From positions 810,001-842,000 of the forward strand of contig NZ_AP013028.1 in NCBI RefSeq assembly GCF_000829315.1: a DNA stretch of 32,000 nt. Reading direction: 5' to 3'. The DNA is from Wolbachia endosymbiont of Cimex lectularius (lineage in GTDB: Bacteria; Pseudomonadota; Alphaproteobacteria; Rickettsiales; Anaplasmataceae). The notes under the pieces were generated by a model. That model was not told the origin of the DNA. It did not search any database and saw nothing but the letters and a program-made list of their open reading frames with translations. This document shows, piece by piece, positions 8,401-17,773 of this stretch (its first letter is position 1; each line of letters begins with the position of its first letter). The position numbers and the translations under genes were made by a program.

Positions 8401-9552
8401 AGGCTGTTTTTCTTTCCAACTTCTGTCCAAATGTCGATGTTCATGCCAAGTTAGGACTCCAGGATAAAACACTAAAATGTAATTTTCCAGTTCGTGAATC
8501 GAATCTTTTTGTTTTGAATCTAAATCGTTTTCATAGCGAATGTTGTGTTCTGCTAAACCATATCTTGTGATTTTTTGATCGGTATAATTTTCTACTTTGT
8601 AACTATGAGTAATGCTAAATCTTTCTAAGAACCTGTTTAAAATCTTGGAAATGTGAGGTAAAGTAAGCATAGATTAATAATGAGGTGTCTATGCAGAAAA
8701 GTTATCCAAGTAATATAAGTCAAGAGCAGTTTGAAAAAATCAGGCCAATTTTGGAGAGTAGCAAGCAGAAAACAAAACCAAGAAAACTTGATTTGTATGA
8801 CGTATTTTGTGGGGTGTTGTACGTCTTAAAAAGTGGTTGTCAGTGGAGGATGTTACCAAAGGGTTTTCCAAGATGGGAAAGCGTATATTACTATTTTCGA
8901 GTGTGGAGTAAAAAGAATGGAGAAGAGCCAAACTTGTTGGAATTAGTCTTAAAAAAAATTAGTTGGAGAGGTCCGTATCAGCAATGGTCGGAAAGAGAAA
9001 ACTAGCTTTTATATAATTGATTCTCAAAGCGTTAAAAACGCAGATACTGCTGAAAAAAAAAGGCTATGATGCAGGTAAAAAGATTTCAGGGATAAAGCGC
9101 CATATTGCAGTTGATACACAAGGTTTGCCACATGCAATTTATGTAACAACGGCAGAAGCAACTGACCGTAGCAGTGCTGTGAAAATGGTCGAAAATGCTA
9201 AAGCAAACCTCTCTGAAGTTAAAAACATACTGGTTGATGCTGGCTACACAGGAGAAAATTTTGCAACACAAATAAAAGCTATCATTGGTGCGACTGTTGA
9301 AGTAATAAAGCGAAGTGAGTTACACACTTTCGTCGTATTGCCAAAAAGATGGGTTGTTGAACGCTCTTTTGCCTGGTTAGAAAAGTGCAGGCGATTGTGG
9401 AAAAATTGCGAGCGGAAGCTCAACACTAGCTTACAGATGATAGTCCTCTCCTTCATTTCTCTCCTGTTACGAAGATTTTAAACAGGTTCTAAGAACCTAG
9501 GTAAATCCTCTATTTTATACTTCCTCTCAGTCCCAGTATCACCATTGTGCAT
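8383..9552 (-). pseudogene. ~101-aa hypothetical ORF interrupted by IS copy 2
   Basis: Excising the IS and one TAA gives a 306-nt frame: MHNGDTGTERKYKIEDLPRF|LERFSITHSYKVENYTDQKITRYGLAEHNIRYENDLDSKQKDSIHELENYILVFYPGVLTWHEHRHLDRSWKEKQPICLMR. Confidence 0.55.
8629..9489 (+). mobile_element. IS5-family (IS1031-like) insertion sequence, copy 2
   Basis: 861 bp, inverted termini GAACCTGTTTAAAATCTT/AAGATTTTAAACAGGTTC, flanked by TAA (8626-8628) and TAA (9490-9492). ORFs 8685..9005 and 9017..9481. Confidence 0.95.
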
Positions 9553-9690
9553 ATTCTTATTTATTAATTTCTTAATATAAGATTAAATAAAAAGCATAAT
9601 TAGTCAATAAATTAAGGTAGGATAATTTCTCAGATTGTTGATGATATTGAAGATTTTACTATAATGAAAGTTTAAGCTAGCGTTTTTGAG

Positions 9691-10734
9691 ATGAATAAAG
9701 AGCTATTGAATGAAATACCTTCGCTTGAGGATAAAGCAGTTTCTGAAATTGAGGGTGCTTCTTCTTTGCAAGATTTGGAAAAAGTCAGGCTATCATATTT
9801 GGGAAAAAAGGGTGTAATTAAAATTTATTTTGATGACTTAAAAAAGATAGAAGACGCAGAAAAAAAACGTGATTTGGGCGCAGTCATCAACGTTTTACGC
9901 AATAAGCTGGACCAGCTTATAACAAACAAGGAGACCATATTAAAAGCCGAAGAAATCAACTTTAAATTACAAAACGAAGCGGTTGATATCACATTGCCCG
10001 TTAGGCCAGAAAAAATTGGCAGGATTCATCCGTTGAGTAAAGTTATAAATGAGGTAAAACTCATTTTTGCACATATGGGTTTCAAAGCAGTCGATGGTCC
10101 TGACATTGAAGATGAGTTTCATGTGTTTGATGCGCTAAATACCCCAAGTCATCATCCTGCACGGGAGGAGCAAGATACCTTCTACTTAAAGAATAAAATA
10201 AACGACAAAAGAATGGTGCTGTGCACTCACACCTCATCTGTGCAGATTAGAACCATGGAAAAAGCAAAAACTTTCCCAATTAAAATAGTAGCTGCTGGTA
10301 GGGTATACAGAAATGATTTTGATGCAACTCACACTCCTATGTTTCACCAGATAGAGGGGTTATATGTCAATGAGAACGTCAATATGGGCCAGTTAAAATT
10401 TACTATCCATCACTTCCTTAACAAGTTTTTTGGAGATAAGGGATTAAAGATACGCTTTCGTAACAGTTTTTTCCCTTTTACTGAGCCTTCTGCAGAAGTG
10501 GATATAAGTTATGAGGGTAGTAAATGGATAGAAGTGCTTGGATGTGGTATGGTGCATCCAAATGTCTTTCAAAATGTTGGGATAGATCATACTAAATACA
10601 ATGGTTTTGCGTTTGGTATTGGTATAGAAAGGCTTGCAATGCTGAAATACCAAATTGGTGACCTAAGGAACTTTTATGATAACAAGATCAGTTGGCTCAA
10701 CCACTATGGTTTTCACTTTTCATCTTTAAGATAA
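9691..10734 (+). CDS. pheS: Phenylalanine--tRNA ligase alpha subunit
   Basis: 347 aa; HPLSKVINEVKLIFAHMGFKAVDGPDIEDEFHVFDALNTPSHHPARE..DTFYL, HTSSVQIRTMEK, PMFHQIEGLYV, FRNSFFPFTEPSAEVDI, GFAFGIGIERLAMLKYQIGDLRNFYDN. Confidence 0.97.
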   Translation: MNKELLNEIPSLEDKAVSEIEGASSLQDLEKVRLSYLGKKGVIKIYFDDLKKIEDAEKKRDLGAVINVLRNKLDQLITNKETILKAEEINFKLQNEAVDITLPVRPEKIGRIHPLSKVINEVKLIFAHMGFKAVDGPDIEDEFHVFDALNTPSHHPAREEQDTFYLKNKINDKRMVLCTHTSSVQIRTMEKAKTFPIKIVAAGRVYRNDFDATHTPMFHQIEGLYVNENVNMGQLKFTIHHFLNKFFGDKGLKIRFRNSFFPFTEPSAEVDISYEGSKWIEVLGCGMVHPNVFQNVGIDHTKYNGFAFGIGIERLAMLKYQIGDLRNFYDNKISWLNHYGFHFSSLR

Positions 10735-11973
10735 GTGACAAATAAAGCTTGCACATTTATTATACTTGCTGCCGGGCATGGCAAGCGGATGAATTCGGGC
10801 TTACCCAAAGTCCTACATAAAATAGGCAATTTCTCTATGCTCGAACACGTCATTTACAATGCAAAACAGTTAAGTCCCGAAAATATAGTTGTTGTAGTCG
10901 ATTTGCCTTTAATTGAGCGACTGCAGTGCTTTGAGGATATACAATTAATTACACAAAAGTCAACGCTTGGGACAGGAGATGCAGTTAAAACTGCGATGAG
11001 AAGCCTGACAAAACTGCCAGATTCGAGTATAGTTGTTATGCAGTATGGAGACACTCCACTAATAAAAAGCAGCACGATAACTAAAATGGTTAACTCTTTA
11101 GAAGGCAAGGCCCTAGTTTGCCTAGGTTTTAGGGCAAGCGATAAAGAGTACGGTAGGTTAATTATTAAGGATGGTTCCCTAAGAGAAATCGTAGAAGCAC
11201 AAAATGGTGGAAATAATGATGAGGAATTTCTTGCTAATGCTGGGATAATGGTTGCATATGCAAAGAATTTACGTGAATTGGTGGGGAAAATAGAGTGTAA
11301 TAAGTTGACACAAGAGTATTATTTAACTGATATAGTCTCCATTGCTGCAAAGAGCAATCTAAATGTTGGTTACGTTATTACTGGTGAAGAAGAAGCAATT
11401 GGAATAAATAACAGAAATGACCTTGCAAAAGCTGAGTTTTACTTCCAAGAAAATAAAAGAAGATTTTTTACCAACTCCGGGGTAACGCTTGTAGCTCCTG
11501 AGACTGTTTTCTTCTCTCTTGATACACAAATTGGTATGGATTCGATTGTTTACCCATACGTTTTTTTCGGTCCTGGGGTAAAAGTGGGGTCTAATGCTAG
11601 GATCGGTCCGTTTGCTAAGTGTGAAGGCACAACAATTGGTGACAGTGCAATCGTGGGAAACTTTGTCGAAGCAAAAGCAAGCGATATAGGCATGAATACT
11701 AAAATAAAGCACTTAAGTTATATAGGAAATACTAAAATAGGGCCGGAAAGTAACATAGGTGCAGGTACTGTTGTGTGTAATTATGATGGAAAAAAGAAAC
11801 ACAAAACAAATATTGGAAGCAATTGCTTTGTTGGTGCCAATAGTTCATTGGTTGCGCCGCTTAATGTCCACAACGACTCTGTAATCGCAGCAGGTAGTGT
11901 TATAGTGGAAGATGTGCCAAAGGAAAGCCTTGCAATTGCAAGAGAAAGGCAAGTGATTAAGAAAATAAAGTAG
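10735..11973 (+). CDS. glmU: Bifunctional N-acetylglucosamine-1-phosphate uridyltransferase / glucosamine-1-phosphate acetyltransferase
   Basis: 412 aa, GTG start immediately after the pheS stop. IILAAGHGKRMNSGLPKVLHKIG; hexapeptide repeats IGPFAKCEGTTIGDSAIVGNFVEAKAS; NIGAGTVVCNYDGKKKHKTNIGSNCFVGANSSLVAPL. Confidence 0.93.
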   Translation: MTNKACTFIILAAGHGKRMNSGLPKVLHKIGNFSMLEHVIYNAKQLSPENIVVVVDLPLIERLQCFEDIQLITQKSTLGTGDAVKTAMRSLTKLPDSSIVVMQYGDTPLIKSSTITKMVNSLEGKALVCLGFRASDKEYGRLIIKDGSLREIVEAQNGGNNDEEFLANAGIMVAYAKNLRELVGKIECNKLTQEYYLTDIVSIAAKSNLNVGYVITGEEEAIGINNRNDLAKAEFYFQENKRRFFTNSGVTLVAPETVFFSLDTQIGMDSIVYPYVFFGPGVKVGSNARIGPFAKCEGTTIGDSAIVGNFVEAKASDIGMNTKIKHLSYIGNTKIGPESNIGAGTVVCNYDGKKKHKTNIGSNCFVGANSSLVAPLNVHNDSVIAAGSVIVEDVPKESLAIARERQVIKKIK

Positions 11974-12026
11974 TCCTTGGTTGCTAAAAAGTTTAGAAGT
12001 GGAATATTCATAAGGAGCTGTAGTTA

Positions 12027-12886
12027 GAACCTGTTTAAAATCTTGGAAATGTGAGGTAAAGTAAGCATAGATTAATAATGAGGTGTCTATGCAGAAAAGT
12101 TATCCAAGTAATATAAGTCAAGAGCAGTTTGAAAAAATCAGGCTAATTTTGGAGAGTAGCAAGCAGAAAATAAAACCAAGAAAACTTGATTTGTATGACG
12201 TATTTTGTGGGGTGTTGTACGTCTTAAAAAGTGGTTGTCAGTGGAGGATGTTACCAAAGGGTTTTCCAAGATGGGAAAGCGTATATTACTATTTTCGAGT
12301 GTGGAGTAAAAAGAATGGAGAAGAGCCAAACTTGTTGGAATTAGTCTTAAAAAAAATTAGTTGGAGAGGTCCGTATCAGCAATGGTCGGAAAGAGAAAAC
12401 TAGCTTTTGTATAATTGATTCTCAAAGCGTTAAAAACGCAGATACTGCTGAAAAAAAAGGCTATGATGCAGGTAAAAAGATTTCAGGGATAAAGCGCCAT
12501 ATTGCAGTTGATACACAAGGTTTGCCACATGCAATTTATGTAACAACGGCAGAAGCAACTGACCGTAGCAGTGCTGTGAAAATGGTCGAAAATGCTAAAG
12601 CAAACCTCTCTGAAGTTAAAAACATACTGGTTGATGCTGGCTACACAGGAGAAAATTTTGCAACACAAATAAAAGCTATCATTGGTGCGACTGTTGAAGT
12701 AATAAAGCGAAGTGAGTTACACACTTTCGTCGTATTGCCAAAAAGATGGGTTGTTGAACGCTCTTTTGCCTGGTTAGAAAAGTGCAGGCGATTGTGGAAA
12801 AATTGCGAGCGGAAGCTCAACACTAGCTTACAGATGATAGTCCTCTCCTTCATTTCTCTCCTGTTACGAAGATTTTAAACAGGTTC
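12027..12886 (+). mobile_element. IS5-family (IS1031-like) insertion sequence, copy 3
   Basis: 860 bp, same inverted termini, flanked by TTA (12024-12026) and TTA (12887-12889). Intergenic downstream of glmU. Confidence 0.95.
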
Positions 12887-12933
12887 TTAGACATGTTGCC
12901 CACTGGAATCCAGAAAATAAAGAAACATAGATT

Positions 12934-12950
12934 CCAGCGTCACGCGCTGG
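12934..12950. repeat. Short hairpin-forming sequence
   Basis: CCAGCG-TCACG-CGCTGG, 6-bp perfect stem. Confidence 0.4.
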
Positions 12951-13085
12951 GATGATACCATTTGTTGTAAAAATAAATGTTCGTTCATGAATTGCTTTAA
13001 TATTTAAGAAATTTACTAAACTAAGAAAAAAAGCAAAAGAAGCCCTGTGGGCAGCTTACTTCAAAATATATTGGTAGCTAAGCGA

Positions 13086-14060
13086 TTAACTCGTGACTTC
13101 TTCTTTGAGTTGTGCAATTTCAGCTCTAGGAAGACCAGTAGTTTGAGCTATGATATCAACAGATACGCTAGCTTTAAGTAGGTTTTTAGCAACTTCAATT
13201 TTTCCTTCTTCTCTGCCTTTTTGATGACCGATTTTGATGCCTCTTTCTTCGCCGATTTGGATTCCTTCTTCTCTACCTTCTTTCCTACCTTCCTCTTTAC
13301 CAATTTTGATGCCTTTTTCAGTAGCATCATCAAGTTTTTGAGCGAGACAGCTTTCTCATCACGAATACGCTTGATCTCTTGTTCATAGGCAATGAATTCT
13401 TTTTCTGACCAGTTGAATCTGTTTAGCTCCTCATATGCTTTTTTGATTATTGCATCACTTCCTATTATTCTTCCCAGCTCTCTTTCACTGGTTTCCTCTG
13501 TATACTTGAAGAAGTAGACCAATTTTTCTACTATACTCTCCAATTGATCTTCCTTCATTTTCGGAAATTTTGGCAACTCAATAAATGTAAAATAAAAATC
13601 TTTTAAATCGTGTTCATTGGTATCCTCATCCCGAATAGTGTGCTTTGATTTATACTCAGATTTATCCGGAAATAATACACAATCTGCAATGGCAATAAAG
13701 ATAATTTCTTTGAGGTCTTCATATTGATCACCTTTGTTAGCCTGTCTTGAATACGCTTTGGCAGCATAATATTGAGCACGTTTTTCAAAGCCTTTAGTTT
13801 TAGCGACCTGCATTTCGACTATCACTTGCACCCCATTTTCATTTCTACAGAGAACATCAACAATGCTTTGTTTTTTGGAGGCAATTTCAGCATCTTAAAT
13901 AGTGCTGAGAAACTCTATTTCTTTTATTTCATCCTTGCCAGTAAAGCCCAAAATATTATTGAGAAAATGAATAAGAATGTCCTTATTTTTTTCAGTACCA
14001 AAGATACGCCGAAAGGCTAGGAGAGTAGACCAGGAGAACTTCCCTCCTGGCCCTTCGCAG
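13086..14060 (-). pseudogene. Rpn/PDDEXK nuclease-family transposase-like protein, degraded
   Basis: FRRIFGTEKNKDILIHFLNNILGFTGKDEIKEIEFLSTI, in-frame TAA, then DAEIASKKQSIVDVLCRNENGVQVIVEMQVAKTKGFEKRAQYYAAKAYSRQ. Later frameshift into DATEKGIKIGKEEGRKEG...VAKNLLKASVSVDIIAQTTGLPRAEIAQLKEEVTS. Homologous to ORF 23817..24713. Confidence 0.88.
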
Positions 14061-14211
14061 AACCCTACGCGAGACTCTCGCCTCATAAGGCTCCCACTAA
14101 TCATTGCCCTAATCCTATACTTAATTTCCAGTGCACAAAAAGATTTGGTCTACTCTTTGGATTCTTTCTAGTAACTTAGCTGCTTTGGTTTTACGCCTAT
14201 TCAGCATTAAA

Positions 14212-17200
14212 TTACTCGAAAATGCTGTATCTGAATTTATTCGAGATATTACGGAAAGTTCGATCAAAAACTTTTGCTCTGTGAATTATTTGTCTAGTTA
14301 TTTGTGAGGGTTGGTATAACATAGCACGTTGTGCACCTCTAAAAGCTTTTGCTTTTTTCCACAAAAAGTTTAGCACATCAATATGACCTTTTTGAGCAGC
14401 TACTTTAAATGCAACATGTCCACTAACCTGCAACATTGTGCTTTGTACATTTAAAGATTTTGCTTTTCTCCACAGATAGTCCAGCACATCAGTATGACCA
14501 CTCTCAGCAGCTACTTTAAATGCAACATAACCTTTAGCTCCCAACACTGCACTTTGTACATTTAAGGACTCTGCTTTATTCCACAGATAGCCTAACACAT
14601 CAATATGCCCATTATAAGCAGCTATTGCAAATGCAGGATAACCACTACCCTGTAACATTACACACTGTACACCTAAAGACCCTGCTTTTTCCCACAGAAG
14701 GTCTAATACCTTAGTATTACCACGTATACTGGCTGTTCCAAACACTTCGTAATTACTAACTTCTAACATTTCACGTCGTACATTTAGTGATTTTGCTTTT
14801 TTCCACAGAAAGTTTAACACTCCAATATGACCTTCTTGGGCAGATGTTCTAAACATTACATAGTTGTCAGCTTCTAGAATTGCACATTGTGCTTCTGATA
14901 GCTCTACCTTATTCCACAGGAAGTCTAACACTTCGGTATGACCATATAGAGCAGCAAACTTGAATGCTGAATAATCATTAACTTTTAACATTGTATGTTG
15001 TACATCTGGTGATTCTGCTTTTTCCCACAGAAAGTTTAATACTTTAGCATGACCCTTTTGAACCGCCATTTTGAACGCTAAATAATTATTGGATTTTAAC
15101 ATTGCACGTTGTTCATCTGGTGATTCTGCTTTTTCCCATAGAAAATTTAATATTCTAATATAACCACCCCCAGCAGCTAATCTAAATGCCAAATAATCAT
15201 CATACTTCAACATTGCACGTCGCACATCTTGCAATTCTTCTGCTACACCCCATAAATATTCTAATGCCTCAATATGATCACCATCAATGGTGAAGATGAA
15301 TGCTGCATAATCATCAGCTTCTAACATTTCACGTTGTGCATTTGGTAAATCTGCCAAGTTCCATAAGTATCTTAATGCCCCAGTATGACCACCCATAGCA
15401 GCTAAGGTAAATGCGTAATAATCATAGGCTTCTAGCATTGCATGTTGTACATCTAGTGAACCTGCTAAATACCACAAATACTTCAATACATCAGTATGAC
15501 CATTTGCAGCAGCTGTTGAGAATGTAAGACTTTCGCTTAATGTTTTACGTTGTGTATCCTGTGTTAGAACCTGTTTAAAATCTTCGTAACAGGAGAGAAA
15601 TGAAGGAGAGGACTATCATCTGTAAGCTAGTGTTGAGCTTCCGCCGCAATTTTTCCACAATCGCCTGCACTTTTCTAACCAGGCAAAAGAGCGTTCAACA
15701 ACCCATCTTTTTGGCAATACGACGAAAGTGTGTAACTCACTTCGCTTTATTACTTCAACAGTCGCACCAATGATAGCTTTTATTTGTGTTGCAAAATTTT
15801 CTCCTGTGTAGCCAGCATCAACCAGTATGTTTTTAACTTCAGAGAGGTTTGCTTTAGCATTTTCGACCATTTTCACAGCACTGCTACGGTCAGTTGCTTC
15901 TGCCGTTGTTACATAAATTGCATGTGGCAAACCTTGTGTATCAACTGCAATATGGCGCTTTATCCCTGAAATCTTTTTACCTGCATCATAGCCTTTTTTT
16001 TCAGCAGTATCTGCGTTTTTAACGCTTTGAGAATCAATTATACAAAAGCTAGTTTTCTCTTTCCGACCATTGCTGATACGGACCTCTCCAACTAATTTTT
16101 TTTAAGACTAATTCCAACAAGTTTGGCTCTTCTCCATTCTTTTTACTCCACACTCGAAAATAGTAATATACGCTTTCCCATCTTGGAAAACCCTTTGGTA
16201 ACATCCTCCACTGACAACCACTTTTTAAGACGTACAACACCCCACAAAATACGTCATACAAATCAAGTTTTCTTGGTTTTATTTTCTGCTTGCTACTCTC
16301 CAAAATTAGCCTGATTTTTTCAAACTGCTCTTGACTTATATTACTTGGATAACTTTTCTGCATAGACACCTCATTATTAATCTATGCTTACTTTACCTCA
16401 CATTTCCAAGATTTTAAACAGGTTCTTAGAGAATTCCAAATCTTATCAAATACATCTACCCTTCCTTCGTATATGGCTTGTTCACAAGCACAATGGTCAC
16501 TTTCGGTTGACAGCTGTAATCGACCCTCTCCTATTAACCTATCTGTAAAACCATTCAACCTTCTATCGATAGCGCTGCGGAATATAGTGTAGCGTAGCCA
16601 TATATCCATTAAGTGATTAGCTATTAGAGCATCAGTTAGATTCTGATTCTCAATAAAAGTCAGTAAATTAGATATTTGTATAAATAATTGACTTTGTGAC
16701 TCTGGCACAGCAGCAATAATTATCACGTCTAATAGCCGTGGGGTTCTTAATCTACTTGAATCTATATTACCAAGCAGCGTTTCATCTATTTCGAACAGAG
16801 CTCTCAATTCGTTTTGTAACAATTGAGTTTGCATTTGATTAGGGTCACTTCCAGTTAAAATGCTAAACACAAACCTCTCTTCAGTGCTTGAATTTTCATT
16901 CAGAATATTCTCATATATGTAGATTGGTAAGTCCATATAACAAAACTGCCCTACTTCTTCCATTGCTGTTTCATATGCCTCTAGATATCTACTGACATTA
17001 TCCCTGCTAATCCTTTGCACACCATCTCTGTTAATAATTTGCAATATCTGCTTCAATATGTAAAAAAAACTTCGTTCTTGAGTAAAAACATTCGTTAAGG
17101 TATTAATTAGAGGTGTAGCAAGATCAACTTCTTCAGGATTCCTAATAATATTCCCAAACGCAGCGTGTAATGGTCCTTCTAATTTCTCTATTTTCTCTAT

Positions 17201-17323
17201 GTGATTATCTCCTAATATATAACTTATTACACTGCTTCTGAAATCTTTATCCTGCAGGAAAAGTCCTATTACTACTTGTTCTGCTGAGAGATTATAAAAA
17301 TTTCTTGGGTTGTTATTACGCAT
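14212..17323 (-). pseudogene. ~749-aa protein with ~11 tandem 37-aa repeats, gene interrupted by IS copy 4
   Basis: ORFs 16388..17323 and 14212..15486. Removing the IS and one TTA gives exactly 2250 nt with continuous coding: ...CEQAIYEGRVDVFDKIWNSL|TQDTQRKTLSESLTFSTAAANGHTDVLKYLWYLAGSLDV... Repeats such as GHTDVLDYLWRKAKSLNVQSTMLQVSGHVAFKVAAQK. Confidence 0.88.
15567..16425 (-). mobile_element. IS5-family (IS1031-like) insertion sequence, copy 4
   Basis: 859 bp, flanked by TTA (15564-15566) and TTA (16426-16428). Has a 1-nt loss (cttccgccgcaa vs cttccgctcgcaa) that frameshifts the transposase C-terminus. Confidence 0.94.
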
Positions 17324-17773
17324 ATAATAATGTCTAAAAATTAACCCACTTGATCACCTAGTATATCATATTATTAATTAAATATATAAAGAAATTGATT
17401 GCTCATATTACTATTGACCTTACCAAAAATGGTGGAAAAGTTGGGAACGTTTTTTACAATAAAAGGTGATCTAATATCTCATTCTGTTTAAAGTATAAAA
17501 ATTATCATGAATTTTCCTATTACTCCCAAATGAACCAGCACTAATCCTTTAATACAAGTTACTAATTATTTAAATAACCCAATCATTTCCAGCGCCCAAA
17601 ACCAGCTGTTGTGAGAAGAATTTTTGTGGAGTTGATTGGTAAGGCAATTGAACATGATAATTTTTAGTATTGCTTTTTTTAATATGAAAAATATAATTGG
17701 ATATGAGTGCAACTTGCACTGGTAACAAATTTTATATAGCAGGGTATTTCTCAGTTAGAGATAGGAGGTATAT

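Noticed and set aside
9488-9502. Second IS end suspected right of copy 2 (taagaacctagg)
   Set aside because: Only GAACCT matches; the following bases diverge from the 18-bp terminus and the restored ORF reads straight through, so it is genuine flanking sequence.
10854-11108. Antisense ORFs within glmU, pheS, bioA, bioD, bioF and the large ankyrin gene
   Set aside because: Shadow ORFs of well-supported genes in low-GC DNA.
14212-15486. 37-aa protein repeats considered as a CRISPR or DNA satellite
   Set aside because: The 111-nt period is strongly diverged at DNA level and in frame; it is a protein repeat, not a CRISPR array.
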